A DNA stretch of 64,000 bases from positions 32,001 to 96,000 of IMG/VR virus record IMGVR_UViG_3300046003_007336; one strand, written 5' to 3'. The stretch's first letter is position 1, and every line of letters starts with the position of its first letter. Under the pieces are notes generated by a model. That model was not told the DNA's origin. It did no database searches and saw nothing but the letters and a program-made list of their open reading frames with translations. The DNA is from a virus. Both the position numbers and the translations under genes were made by a program. Of the stretch, positions 51,781 through 62,783 are shown in pieces.

Positions 51781-53034
51781 ATGAGCAACCTCGCAGAACT
51801 GGTCAAAGCCCGAGACGTAGACGCCATTCGGTCCTACATGGCGGAGCACAATCTGAAGCTCGACGGGCTCCAGATCGTCCCCGCCGATGCTGCAACCAAG
51901 AAGAGCCTGAAGGCTCAGGAGGACTTCTGGAACCAGCGTCAGCAGGCCAGGAAGATTCTACTCAACTCCCTCTACGGCGCGCTCCTCAATGAAGGCCTGC
52001 GCTTCTATGACGAACGCCTCGGCCAGTCCGTAACCCTGACCGGTCGATCTATCGTTCGGCACATGAACGCCAAGTCCAACGAAGTCATCACCGGAGAGTA
52101 TGACTACATGGGCCGCGCTATCGTCTACGCGGATACCGACTCCTGCTATTTCTCCGCCTACGAAATCCTGAAAGAAGACCCCGCCTACGCGGACTTCGAA
52201 TGGACGCGGGAGAACATCATCTCCCTCTACGACAACATCTCCGACGTCGTGAACGAATCCTTCCCCGAGTTCATGCAACGGTCGTTCAACACCACGCTTG
52301 AGCGCGGCGCCATCATTGCGGCCGGTCGCGAACTCGTGGCTTCAAGCGGTCTCTTCATCAAGAAGAAGAAATACGCCGTGCTCATGTATGACAAGGACGG
52401 CACCCGGCTGGACAAGGGCAATAGCCCCGGCAAGCTGAAGGCCATGGGTCTGGACCTCAAGCGGGCCGACACCCCGAAGTACATGCAGAAATTCCTCGAA
52501 GGCCTCCTGATGGATGTCCTCCAGGATGGCTCGAAGGCGGTCGCGTTCGATCAGATCAGAGAGTTCCGCGTCGGCTTCAAAGCACGCCCCTCGTGGGAGA
52601 AGGGCGCCCCGAAGGCCGTGAAGGGCCTGTCCGTCTATGGGGACAAGCTCAGCAAGTCGCACAAGGTCGGGGTGATGTCCAAGGAGGGCAAGTCCAAGGT
52701 CAACATGCCCGGCCACGTTCGGGCCTCGCTGAACTGGAACACCCTCTGCGAACTCAACGACGACCGCTACACGCCTCGCATCACGGACGGGACCCGTATC
52801 GTCGTCTGCCCCTTGAAGTCCAACGCGCTCCGCATGGATTCCATCTCCTACCCGATTGACGTTGACGCCAACCATCTCCCCCGCTGGTTCAAAGAACTCC
52901 CGTTCGATGAAGCCGCGATGGAAGACAAGATTATTGATTTCAAGCTCAAGAACCTTCTAGGTGTATTGGATTGGAACCTGCAAGACACCAAAGACATACC
53001 GGGTGAAGAGTTCTTCACCTTTGAGGAATACTAA
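51781..53034 (+). CDS. B-family DNA polymerase, C-terminal part (second fingers helix, palm, thumb)
   Basis: Motif B QQARKILLNSLYGALLN, TLTGR, motif C IVYADTDS, KKKYA, KAMGLDLKRADTP. Confidence 0.93.
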   Translation: MSNLAELVKARDVDAIRSYMAEHNLKLDGLQIVPADAATKKSLKAQEDFWNQRQQARKILLNSLYGALLNEGLRFYDERLGQSVTLTGRSIVRHMNAKSNEVITGEYDYMGRAIVYADTDSCYFSAYEILKEDPAYADFEWTRENIISLYDNISDVVNESFPEFMQRSFNTTLERGAIIAAGRELVASSGLFIKKKKYAVLMYDKDGTRLDKGNSPGKLKAMGLDLKRADTPKYMQKFLEGLLMDVLQDGSKAVAFDQIREFRVGFKARPSWEKGAPKAVKGLSVYGDKLSKSHKVGVMSKEGKSKVNMPGHVRASLNWNTLCELNDDRYTPRITDGTRIVVCPLKSNALRMDSISYPIDVDANHLPRWFKELPFDEAAMEDKIIDFKLKNLLGVLDWNLQDTKDIPGEEFFTFEEY

Positions 53035-53765
53035 TGCGCAATACTCTAACTGATGTTATTCGTCAGGCCGGGTCACTCTTTGAGGTGGTCAAGGTCACTG
53101 GCACCGAGAACTCGACTGTGTTTGAAGCCGCAGACGAGAACAAGACCCTGTTCTTCAAATCCACGGTGGCTGTCGCCATTCCTGAGTTCGAAGGTGAATT
53201 CGGTCTGACCAACCTGGGTCTCCTCTTGGGTCTCCTCAACTTCCCGTCCTACAACACCGACAAGGCCACCTTCGAGGTCCAGCGGCGCAAGCTCAAGGAT
53301 GTCGAGTTCGTCGAGGCGTTCATCTTCCGTGATGCCAAGAACAAGGGGACGGAGTTCCGCACCATGAACTCCGAACTCGTCAAGGGTCAGGCCAAGATCG
53401 CCAACATCCCATGGGACGTCACCTTCGAGCCCAACTCGGGCAACCTCGAAGAGTTCGCCAAGCTGTCCAGTCTCCTGTCCGGCGTGGACAAGAACTTCGG
53501 CGTCCGCACCGTCGAGGGCAATCTCGAATTCTCGGTCGGCGGCTCCAATTCCGCGACCCACCGGGGCAACATGATCTTCCAAGAGAATGTCTCGGGCGAG
53601 ATCAAGGGCGAGGTTCAATTCAACACACAGCAGTTCATCGCTATCATGAAGCTGGCGGGCAAGAACCCAACCCGGCTTTCCATCACCGGAAAGGGCGTCC
53701 TCGGCGTCCAGGTAAACACCCAACATGGCATCTATGACTACTACCTCCGCGCCAACCGGGCCTGA
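53034..53765 (+). CDS. Probable DNA polymerase sliding clamp (gp45/PCNA-like)
   Basis: 243 aa, translationally coupled to the polymerase C-part; two-domain beta-rich pattern ending YDYYLRA. Confidence 0.6.
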   Translation: MRNTLTDVIRQAGSLFEVVKVTGTENSTVFEAADENKTLFFKSTVAVAIPEFEGEFGLTNLGLLLGLLNFPSYNTDKATFEVQRRKLKDVEFVEAFIFRDAKNKGTEFRTMNSELVKGQAKIANIPWDVTFEPNSGNLEEFAKLSSLLSGVDKNFGVRTVEGNLEFSVGGSNSATHRGNMIFQENVSGEIKGEVQFNTQQFIAIMKLAGKNPTRLSITGKGVLGVQVNTQHGIYDYYLRANRA

Positions 53766-54365
53766 GCCGGAACTCCTTCGACTGGAAGAAGCCCGCAAAC
53801 GTCGTGATCGTCTCCGCTTGGACGAGATCGACCGCTGGACGCCGAAGCAGGCGTTGGAAGCTGCCCTGCTCGACATCGAGCTTGGTGAACTCAACGCCGA
53901 GGCCGTGGTGATTTTCTACGGTGAGCCCGACCAAACCATCGAAGACGAGAGCGTCGTCGGTCGCTACGTGGGTTCCAACGGCTGCAAGGGCCGCAAAGAT
54001 GGCCTGTGGGTCCGTGGCATGGCATCTCGGGCCCTGGCCCTGATGATGCGCTAAATTTTGCGGAGGTCGATGACCGCCTTCCCCTGATGGCGCCACAGGC
54101 GCCCATACTTGTTTACGAGGACGACGTGATTATCCATCGCGTCGTCCTCTGTCTCGTATCTGAACTGCTCTTCCTCGAAGTCGTCGCCGCCGTCGCAAAA
54201 CACCATCGTCTCGAACAGGCCCCCGCAATGGTCGAGCCCGAGGAAGATCGTGGAGATCACAAAGGGGCCAACCTGGGCCTTTGCGAGCATGGTCGTGCCC
54301 CGATAGTCCTGAAGAGGAATCGGTGTGATCGCTCCGGTCTTGGGGTCACGGCTATAGGCGGACAT
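53725..54365. CDS. Two small hypothetical ORFs (~53760-54054 +, 54051-54365 -)
   Basis: ORF track; convergent pair. Confidence 0.45.
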
Positions 54366-54493
54366 CCCGCCTTATACCGCCCATGCGGGTATCCGTCCAT
54401 CTCGACCCTGTGGATAACTCAGTGGACGAAAAAAGTTCACTGCACTGTACGATTTTTGTTGACCCAAATCGGGCCCCTCCCTATAGTTCATTT

Positions 54494-55332
54494 GTCGCTT
54501 GGGACTGACAGCCGCCCGCAAGGGTGGTCAAAGGTCGGGGTTGTCGCCCCGGTCGCCATCGCAAGGTGGTCAAGCCAAGCAAGCGTCACATCTCACTGAG
54601 AAATCGGTGTCTGGCATTTCGGTGCTGGGTATCGTTATTCCGGTGTCCTGTTGAGCCTGTCCAACCAGAGATGGCGGATAGGCGAACACAGGCGGGGGAC
54701 CGTCTGTGGAGGGCAATCCGACCGGGAGAAGCGAGAAGGTGAAGGCGTGGGACGGTCAGTCCGAGGAGCAGGATAGGCTTCTAGGGCGACGTCCAGTTGA
54801 CGGGTGAAGTCTTGCCGCCAGTACCCTTTCGAGGGTCTGGAGCCACGGAAGGCGGAGTCCGGTAGACGGTTCCCTGAGTCCGGGGAGCATGAGGGCGTGT
54901 GGTATTTTGTGGGCCAAAAGCTCACGGAGCCACGGTAAGCACGACCTCTGACAAAAACCCGCTGGGTTCCGACCCAGCACCATCATGCAAGGTGTTAAAA
55001 CCAAGAGAAAGCCTTACCGGTTTCGTGTGAAAGATGGTTCCTATCCTGGGACGCAAGTCGCCAGGATGCCCGGAGGTCTCAAGCCGAAGGGTCCAGTCTC
55101 GGGAAAGTATTCTGCAAGGGTTCGCAAGCCTTTGTAGACGACGGACGGGACAGTAGCACGAGATGACAGTCTACCGCCTGACTTAAAACGGCACCATCGA
55201 TTGGCGAGGGCGTGGTGACATGTCTGGAGCCGGGAGGGAACCAATACTCCTCCTACGGCCGATCACGGAACCCGTGGCTCTCAGGGTTTCAAAACCTCAA
55301 AGGGGTGTTTGGTGAAAACCAGACGCCCCTTT
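54494..55332 (+). ncRNA. Large ornate structured RNA, GOLLD-like (~830 nt)
   Basis: TTGACC-N17-TATAGT promoter; many GCAA/TTCG-capped hairpins; segments GTATTTTGT..CCAAAAG..AGCAC, CAGTAGCACGAG, TTAAAACGGCA and CTCTCAG resemble GOLLD 3'-domain conservation as recalled; ends in hairpin AAAGGGGTGTTTGG/CCAGACGCCCCTTT. Confidence 0.7.
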
Positions 55333-55388
55333 GTTGCGTCTGGAATATACTTGACAAAATCCTATCCGGGGTTGTATTCAGATCAGAT

Positions 55389-56410
55389 GTTCCGAGAGTT
55401 CAACAGGACCGAATACGAAGCCGTCGATGCGTGGACGGAGGCGGCGATTGTTGACATGCTGATCGGACGGATGCGGGTCCCGGACAAGTTCCTCTACGAC
55501 ATCAACGATGGCTTCAACACCGTGATGGTGGAACGGCTCGGCCGCGACAAGGCTGGCTCCGAGTCCTATTTCAAACTGAATGGCGAGGGCTGGGCCCTGT
55601 CCTTCACTGAGCGGGGCGGCGGCACCCAAGAAGACCCGCTCACCTTTCACGACATCGTCCTGCATGGCGACGACGCTTTCGGCCGCGCCGTTCTCATGAG
55701 GCAGTTGGCCACCGACGTTGCCGCCTAACGGCGCGGATATTTTTCCAAGAAGCGTTTCTTCACGTTGGCACTGAGATGCTGACTGAAGACGTCGCCCTCG
55801 TTGACCCATTGGAGAATCATATCGCCCTGCTTGTACTCGTCGGAGGCGCGAGCGATCTCTTTCTGTTCGGGCGTTGCTGCTCCCGCTGAGCACATCACAA
55901 CGGCGGGCCGGGTGTGGTCAATCACCGCCCTGGCCTCCGTGAGTTCCTCAGCCATCGCCTTCAGGAGAGCCAACTGGGTCTCGTTGGAGGGCAGAACGAT
56001 AGTCCCGCGCAGGATGTTGAGGTAGACGGCGTGAGGGTCCTGGAGGACTTCCTGCACGCGGGTTAACTCCTCGTCCATCTCCTTGAAGGTCTTGACGAGA
56101 TGTTGGACGTCATCGGGGTGATGAATTTTCTCGGGTTCGTTCGCCGTGATGGTCCGCGCCAGAGCACGGTTGTTCGAGACGAAGGCGGTCACGAATTTCG
56201 CTCTTTCGGTCACCCGAGGCCTCCGATGGCCGCGAATATTTTTTGACGAATCTCGGTCAGGGACTCGGCGACATGGATGTCTTCCGGCATGTAGTGACCC
56301 ATGCAAAGGGGGCGCAGAATGGTGTTCTGCCCATGCTCAACCCGATACAATATTTGGTCCATGTTGACGTCGATCTTGCGACCGTCCATCCGGGTAAGAA
56401 GAACATTCAT
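55389..56410. CDS. Hypothetical ORFs ~55389-55728(+), 55725-~56280(-), 56210-56410(-)
   Basis: ORF track; starts uncertain. Confidence 0.5.
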
Positions 56411-59151
56411 GCCATGATCTCGTGCTGGGTTTTCCATTCCCGAACCGCGTCTGCATCGCGGAGGCTCAGGTCGGGGTACTCGGGGTCTTCGCCGACCTCG
56501 GTGAGGATTCGCCAGGACCGAGCGCATTTCTTGCCCGGCGCCTTGGATACGCAGATGCCCAACCGGGCCCCGTTCGAGAGGTGGCCGACATAGGCGGATG
56601 GCGGAGGGGCTTCGGCCAGCACCACGACCTTGCTGACGCGGAACACGTCGGCGGCCTGCACGCCGTTGAAGAGCGCAGCAGTCGTGGGGTCCAGATAGAG
56701 GACCAACTCGGCCTCCAGGTTGGACTTGATCTCGTCGCGCTCATCTTCCAGCGCGGCGTGCGAGATCGTCAGGACTTCCTTGATGAAGCCCCAGCGAACG
56801 ATTTCTTCGGGATGGTCGCCCCACGCCTTCGGGTCATTCAGGAGATGGAGATCGACCGGATGCCCGACGCTGTTGATGGCCTCGTGCGTGGTGAACGGCA
56901 CGATGGGGGTCAGCCACGTCAGAAGATGACGGAAGACCTCGTTGAGGACGTAGCGGTAGCCACGACGACGAACCGCCTTGGGGGAATCGCAGTAGAGGCA
57001 GTCCTTGCGGATGTCGAAATAGAACGCCGAGAGTTCGACCGAGCAGAACTCGATCACGGTTCTGGCAACCTCCGAGAAGTTGTAGGTCCGATAGGCCTCG
57101 GTGACGTCGTGGTTGATCGCGTTGAGGCGGCCGAGAACGAATTTCTCCAGCGGCTCCAGTTCCATGAAGGTCGGAGCTTCATCGTCCGTGTAGCCTTCGA
57201 GGGCGCCGATCAGATACCGCAGGGTGTTGCGGAGCTTCCGATAGGTCTCCTCGGTGGACTTGAAGATCGTCTTGCTGGCCTTGACGTCTTGGGTGAAGTC
57301 ACAGGTAGCGGCCCACAGGCGCAGAACGTCGGTGCCGTGCTCGTTGACGACATCACTGGGCGGGATGACGTTGCCTTCGGACTTCGCCATCTTGCGTCCA
57401 TTGGCGTCGAGGATGAAGCCATGGGTCAAGAACGCCGTGGAGGGGAGGTCTGGGCCCGTGTCAGTCATCGCCGCCACCAGCAGACTGGTCTGGAACCAGC
57501 CCCGGTGTTGATCACTGCCTTCGAGGACGAGATCAGCGGCGCGGTCGAGGATGCGGTGCGTGCAACCGCTGTCGAACCAGACGTCGAGGACGTCCATGAC
57601 CTTCTCGTATTCATTCGGGTCGAGATCAGTGCCGGTGAAGAACGTCTCGCTGGATTCCGACCACCATGCGTCACCGCCTCCAGCGAGGAAGGCCTGATAG
57701 GTGTTGTCGAGCACGGTCGGGTGCAGGCAGGGCAGGCCGGTTGCCGTGTGGACGAACAGCCCCATGGGGGTGCCCCAGACACGCTGGCGACTGATCAGCC
57801 AGTCAGGCCGGGTGGTCAGCATGGATTGCAGACGGGTGCGCCCGGCTTCCGGGTAGAAGGCCACGTCCTTGAGACTGTCGGCGACATCCTTCTTGGCCGC
57901 ATCCACGGCGATGAACCACTGGTCGGTCGCGCGTTCGATGACGAGCGCGCCGGAACGCCACGAGTGATTGAAGGGCCAGGGCTGAACGAGCTTGTCATTC
58001 AGGCATCCGGCCTCGCCGAGTTTCTCGATGATGGCGTCATTGGCCGGGCCGAAGTTCTTGCCGCGCGTGACCGCCAGTCCGCCAAAGACCGGCACCTCGT
58101 CGTAGTAGACGCCCTTGTCGTTGATGGTCTCGGGCAGTTCGGTGAGACCGTTCGCCTGACAGACCTTGTAGTCGTCCCCGCCATGGCCGGGCGCAAGGTG
58201 GACGAAGCCGGTGCCGACTTCGTTCTTCACGTAGGCGGCGTTGAACAGCGGAACGTCGAAGTCATAACCGTGGCCACGCAGCGGGTGCGCGCAGACGAGT
58301 TCGCTCGGGTCCACAGACCTGATCTTGCGGAAGCGGTCCTGCCGCGACCACTCGTTGTCGGCCATGATGACTTTCTGCCCGACCCAGTTGCGGTCAGTGT
58401 AGAGCCCGTACTGGAATTGGGAGTTGAACGCGATGGCGCGGTTGCCCGGAAGGCTCCACGGCGTCGTGGTCCAGATCAGAACCTGGGCGCCGACGAGATC
58501 GGTCTCGCCGCTGATAACCGGGAAGCCCACCCAGATAGTCGGGCACTGGACATCGACGGAGACGACCTCGGCCTCGGCGAGCGCGGTGTGTTCGACCGGC
58601 GACCACATGACGGGCTTCTTGCCCCGATAGACGAACCCATCTTCGGCGAGTTCGGAGAAGGCCTTGAAGATGTTGGCCTCCATCTCGTGACTCATCGTCA
58701 CGTAGGGGTTCGACCAATCGGCCAGGACGCCGAGCTTCTCGAACTGCTCGGCCTGTTCCTCAACCCAATGCTGGGCGAATGCGCGGCAGCGGGCGCGGAA
58801 CTCGACGACCGGGATGTCATCCTTGCTCAGCTTTTCTTTCTCACGCATCTCGCGCTCGACCGCCCATTCGATGGGGAGGCCGTGGCAATCCCAGCCGGGT
58901 CGGAACTGAACCGTCTTGCCCAACGCGGTTTGCGAGCGGCAAACGACGTCCTTGAGGATTTTGTTCAGGGCGTGCCCGAGGTGGAGATCGCCGTTCGCAT
59001 ACGGGGGGCCATCGTGGAGGATGAAATCCGCGTCGCGGTCGTCGCGGCGTTCGTCGTCAATCACCGCTAGGAGATCAGACTCGTTGGGACGGCCCCGCAT
59101 CTGGAACGCAGCTTTGGGGAGGAAAACGGTTTGGCGATAATCTGTCGTCAT
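56407..59151 (-). CDS. ileS: Isoleucyl-tRNA synthetase (bacterial type 1)
   Basis: HDGPPYANGDLHLGHALNK (HIGH), PGWDCHGLPIE, WTTTPWSLPGN, GTGFVHLAPGHG, DWLISRQRVWG, EGSDQHRGWF, GRKMAKS (KMSKS), C-terminal KCARSW. Confidence 0.97.
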   Translation of the reverse strand: MTTDYRQTVFLPKAAFQMRGRPNESDLLAVIDDERRDDRDADFILHDGPPYANGDLHLGHALNKILKDVVCRSQTALGKTVQFRPGWDCHGLPIEWAVEREMREKEKLSKDDIPVVEFRARCRAFAQHWVEEQAEQFEKLGVLADWSNPYVTMSHEMEANIFKAFSELAEDGFVYRGKKPVMWSPVEHTALAEAEVVSVDVQCPTIWVGFPVISGETDLVGAQVLIWTTTPWSLPGNRAIAFNSQFQYGLYTDRNWVGQKVIMADNEWSRQDRFRKIRSVDPSELVCAHPLRGHGYDFDVPLFNAAYVKNEVGTGFVHLAPGHGGDDYKVCQANGLTELPETINDKGVYYDEVPVFGGLAVTRGKNFGPANDAIIEKLGEAGCLNDKLVQPWPFNHSWRSGALVIERATDQWFIAVDAAKKDVADSLKDVAFYPEAGRTRLQSMLTTRPDWLISRQRVWGTPMGLFVHTATGLPCLHPTVLDNTYQAFLAGGGDAWWSESSETFFTGTDLDPNEYEKVMDVLDVWFDSGCTHRILDRAADLVLEGSDQHRGWFQTSLLVAAMTDTGPDLPSTAFLTHGFILDANGRKMAKSEGNVIPPSDVVNEHGTDVLRLWAATCDFTQDVKASKTIFKSTEETYRKLRNTLRYLIGALEGYTDDEAPTFMELEPLEKFVLGRLNAINHDVTEAYRTYNFSEVARTVIEFCSVELSAFYFDIRKDCLYCDSPKAVRRRGYRYVLNEVFRHLLTWLTPIVPFTTHEAINSVGHPVDLHLLNDPKAWGDHPEEIVRWGFIKEVLTISHAALEDERDEIKSNLEAELVLYLDPTTAALFNGVQAADVFRVSKVVVLAEAPPPSAYVGHLSNGARLGICVSKAPGKKCARSWRILTEVGEDPEYPDLSLRDADAVREWKTQHEIMA

Positions 59152-59391
59152 GGTCCCGAATTATCGCCAAACGAGTTTTCTCGCAAGCGAAATATTTTGA
59201 CCCCCACCTACGTAAAGCCGTATTCTGTTTAAGTATTCAGCAACTCGGATTGGCCGAACCGCTCTATACGGCATGACCCTGCCGGACATCGCGAATCAGG
59301 AGGTGAGTTTCATTGCCACGGTAGTGGCTGCGGGTCAAGCATCGGGGCGGGGGCAATCAGGTCTCCGCCCCTCCCATATTTGGAGAATACT

Positions 59392-59556
59392 ATGAAGCTA
59401 GTCCTGGATGCCGAAGAAGTTTCGGCCATCGTCGTTGCCGCCCTCGCCGAAAAGCTTGGCGTCAAACCCACTGAAGTCAAAATCGTCCCCATGGGTGACG
59501 ATGATGCCTTCGCCCTGCGAGACATCGCCAAGCACTTCGTCGTCGAACTCGGCTAA
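59392..59556 (+). CDS. Small hypothetical protein (54 aa)
   Basis: GGAG SD; MKLVLDAEEVSAIVVAALAEKLGV. Confidence 0.55.
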   Translation: MKLVLDAEEVSAIVVAALAEKLGVKPTEVKIVPMGDDDAFALRDIAKHFVVELG

Positions 59557-59584
59557 ATAACCACACACTTAAGTAAGGCGACAC

Positions 59585-61068
59585 ATGAATAATCCCGATT
59601 TCCCCCGGAAGAGCCGCGCGATTCCTTTTGACATCCAGCCAGGAAGCTGGGGACTCAAAGGCAAGAGCCGGGCAAAAGCCGAAGCCGAATATTACTATGA
59701 GGGTGAAGCTCTTGAACTCCGCATGGCGGATATCGATTATCCCGACGAGACTGATCGCAAGATCGCCAAGTTGGAAGTCGCAAAGAAATACGAGCGTATC
59801 TCCGACGAGAACTATGATCGTCAGATGGCCGAACTCACCCTCACGGGTGACGACCTCAAGCTTGCCCTGATCGACGTTGATGTTCGTTACGGCCGCCTGA
59901 CGGAATACGAGGCTTCGAAGATGGCCATCGTGATCGACAACCCCGAGGATACCCCGGAACGTCAGATCAAGCTGCTCACACTCGACCTGGAGCACAAACG
60001 CATCAGTGAGCATTCGTATGGCAAGACCGTGGCGAACATCAAGGAAGAACCCTGGATTGGCATCGTCGATCAAGGGCTTGATCTCGATCAGGGCATCAAC
60101 GGCGTCTATTTCGAGTTCGATTGGAACGAGCACTGGATTACGTTCCTGCACCTGAACGGCTACACGGGCGAAGATGACGCCGAGATGGTAGATCGGTGGT
60201 TCGCCGACGTCTGCCGCGCGCAGGGTATGGCCGCCCAGATCGACACCGGCCCGGTGCCTTTCGGAGCAGGCTTGAAAAGCTAGTCGGGGCAATATACTGG
60301 GGTGACCAAATGAGACACCTTTCGGCATTCGCCAGCCCAGCGCAGGAACCCTCTCGGCTCGAAGTCTGGGCGAAGCGTCACGGTATCCGTGCACAGCACC
60401 GCACGCTGGCCTTCGGGAGGTGGATGTCGGTGACGAATGATTTCGGCTTCTCTCTGCGGACGAACGCCTACGAGGAATACGTCAGCGTGACCGTCGCGCT
60501 GGGCTGGCCTCGAATCAATTTCTCCGTCAATCCCCGATGGTTCCCCAAGTCGTTTTTGGTTAAACGCCACCGGGGCATCTCGATCAATGTCATGAGGGAT
60601 GGGTTCTCGATTGAGGTTGGCGACGAATATTACGGACGTCGGTATTTCTGGTCACGCTTCTATGATCAGGGCAGCTATCTCGCGCTCGACGAGACCTGGA
60701 AACCCAACCCGAGAATTTACGACAAATCCGATCATGCGTGGTTCGAGCACCCTTACGTCTATGTCCTCCCCGGTGGCGACATCCAACAGGTGACGGCGAC
60801 CGTGCGGCGGTCGTCCTGTCGTTCTCGTTGGCATTGGTTCGGAGGGGCACCGGGCTCCAAGAAGGAAAAGCTCTCCGAATGGTTTCGGAACCGCATGCCG
60901 TTCGGAACCAAAGAGGTCCACTACATCGAAGTCACCTTCAGCGACGAGATCGGCCCCCAAGCGGGCTCCTACAAGGGCGGCGTCATCCAGACCACGTTCC
61001 TGATGAAGGACGACGAATACGCCGAGAAGGCCCTCTATCGGATGATGCGCGAGAAAGTTTTCAGATAA
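59585..61068 (+). CDS. Two hypothetical proteins (59585-60283; ~60310-61068)
   Basis: First preceded by TAAATA; phage-like codon usage. Confidence 0.6.
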
Positions 61069-61126
61069 GAAATTCGCGTTCGGGATACGAAAAAATGTAG
61101 GATGACTCCATATTGGAGTTCTACAT

Positions 61127-62257
61127 TTGACCAAATACGCAATCGTCGATAGCGCGAACCTCTTCTACCGCGCCCGCCACGTCGTTCAAGGCGACGCCTA
61201 CACCAAAGGGGGCATGGCCCTCCACATCGTGTTCCGTTCGCTGCGGAAGATGATGCGCGATCACAACTGCGATCATGTTGTCCTCTGTCTTGAGGGCAAG
61301 TCCTGGCGGTTCGACGTCTACCCTGACTACAAGGGAAAGCGGAGAGCGGAGCGGGCAGTAGCGGCCCTGAATCCGTCCGAGCGCGAAGAAGAAGAAGTCT
61401 TCCTCCACATCATGGACGAGTTCGCTGCGTTCATGTCTGAGAAGACCCGCGTCACTGTCCTGCAATCTCCGGGCGTCGAGGGCGACGACTTCGTTGCCCG
61501 GTGGGTTCAGCTTCACCCCAACGACGAGCACGTCATTCTGTCCGGCGACAGCGACTTCGTCCAACTCCTGGCCCCCAACGTCTCTATCTACAACGGCGTC
61601 GATGAAGTCCTTCTGACCTCCAAAGGTCTCTTCAACTCTTTCGGTGACCCGCTGGTCTTCAATGTCGATGTCGGCAAAGGCAAGATCAAGGTGCTGGGCA
61701 CTCCGGCCGAGGCCAAGAAGAAACACGACGAGGCCGAGAAGAAGAAAGCCAAGCTGAAGCCCAGCTATGAGATTCAGCCGTGGTCGTGGACCATGGAAGA
61801 GGAATGGTGGCGCAAGGCCCTGTTCATCAAGATCATCCGGGGCGACACCTCCGACACCATCCCGTCCGCGTTCCCCGGCGTCCGCTACGAGGGCAGCGCA
61901 AAGAAGGGCGGCATCCGCGAGGCGTGGGAGAACCGCAACACCCAGGATTATCACTGGAACAACTTCATGCTCCAGAAATGGGACCGCACAATCTCGATTG
62001 ACGAGGATGGGAACAAGAAAATCGAACAGGTCCGCGTTCTCGACGCGTTCAACTTCAACGAAATGCTGATCGATCTCACGCAGCAACCCCAGAACGTCAA
62101 AGACCTCATGGACTCCGTGATCGTTCAGGCCGTGCAGAAAGAGCCTGTCGGCAACGTCGGCATCGCGTTCATGAAGTTCTGCGGCGCCAACGGTCTTCCC
62201 AACCTCGCCAAAGAGGCCAGCGACCACGCGCAGTATCTGAACAAGGGTTATGCGTGA
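61127..62257 (+). CDS. rnh: 5'-3' exonuclease / T4-type RNase H (FEN/PIN fold)
   Basis: AIVDSANLFYR, VEGDDFVA, ILSGDSDFVQL, IIRGDTSDTIP. Confidence 0.88.
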   Translation: MTKYAIVDSANLFYRARHVVQGDAYTKGGMALHIVFRSLRKMMRDHNCDHVVLCLEGKSWRFDVYPDYKGKRRAERAVAALNPSEREEEEVFLHIMDEFAAFMSEKTRVTVLQSPGVEGDDFVARWVQLHPNDEHVILSGDSDFVQLLAPNVSIYNGVDEVLLTSKGLFNSFGDPLVFNVDVGKGKIKVLGTPAEAKKKHDEAEKKKAKLKPSYEIQPWSWTMEEEWWRKALFIKIIRGDTSDTIPSAFPGVRYEGSAKKGGIREAWENRNTQDYHWNNFMLQKWDRTISIDEDGNKKIEQVRVLDAFNFNEMLIDLTQQPQNVKDLMDSVIVQAVQKEPVGNVGIAFMKFCGANGLPNLAKEASDHAQYLNKGYA

Positions 62258-62783
62258 TGGCGAAAGAACGTCCACGTCAGATCATTCGAGAACACGTCGC
62301 GTATCTTTGCATGCCGGACAATACGCTTGACGGATACATCGCAGAACTGGTTGCTCTCAAAGATAAGTATCCAGATTACCTAAATATGCTTGTAGTCACC
62401 GAAAGAGATTACTCAGATACTGAGGTCATCTTGTATGGGGAACGCGAAGAAAACGATCACGAGTATGATCGTCGCATCTCTATCGAAGATCGAGTCAAGG
62501 CTGATGCCCGCAAAGCCAAGAAAGACAGAGACGAGAGAGAACGAAAAGAGTTCGAAAGACTGAAAAAGAAGTTCGAGGGAAAATGAAAACTGAAACCATC
62601 ACCAAACTGCTCACCCGAGTTCACTCCGCCACCATCGGTAGGTCCAAAGACGTTCGCCTCTCCATCGAAGAGGCCAACGCCCTCGTGGCCGAGATCGCCG
62701 TCTTGCTGGCCGAGCGCGAAGCTGTTCGCGAACTCCCCAAAGCCGCACCCGCCCCTACGGTCATGGACGGTGGAACGCTGTGA
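62254..62783 (+). CDS. Two small hypothetical ORFs (62254-62586, 62583-62783)
   Basis: Coupled junctions. Confidence 0.6.

Noticed and set aside
54524-55244. Short ORFs predicted within the GOLLD-like region (and likewise at 42210-43171)
   Set aside because: No SD, atypical codon usage, Arg/Pro-rich junk composition; the hairpin density favours an RNA.
56422-59070. 882-aa plus-strand ORF opposite ileS
   Set aside because: Antisense shadow from GC-rich codon bias; ileS carries all the motifs. The same applies to 3421-4806(-), 26331-27728(+), 29026-31329(-) and 61121-62275(-).
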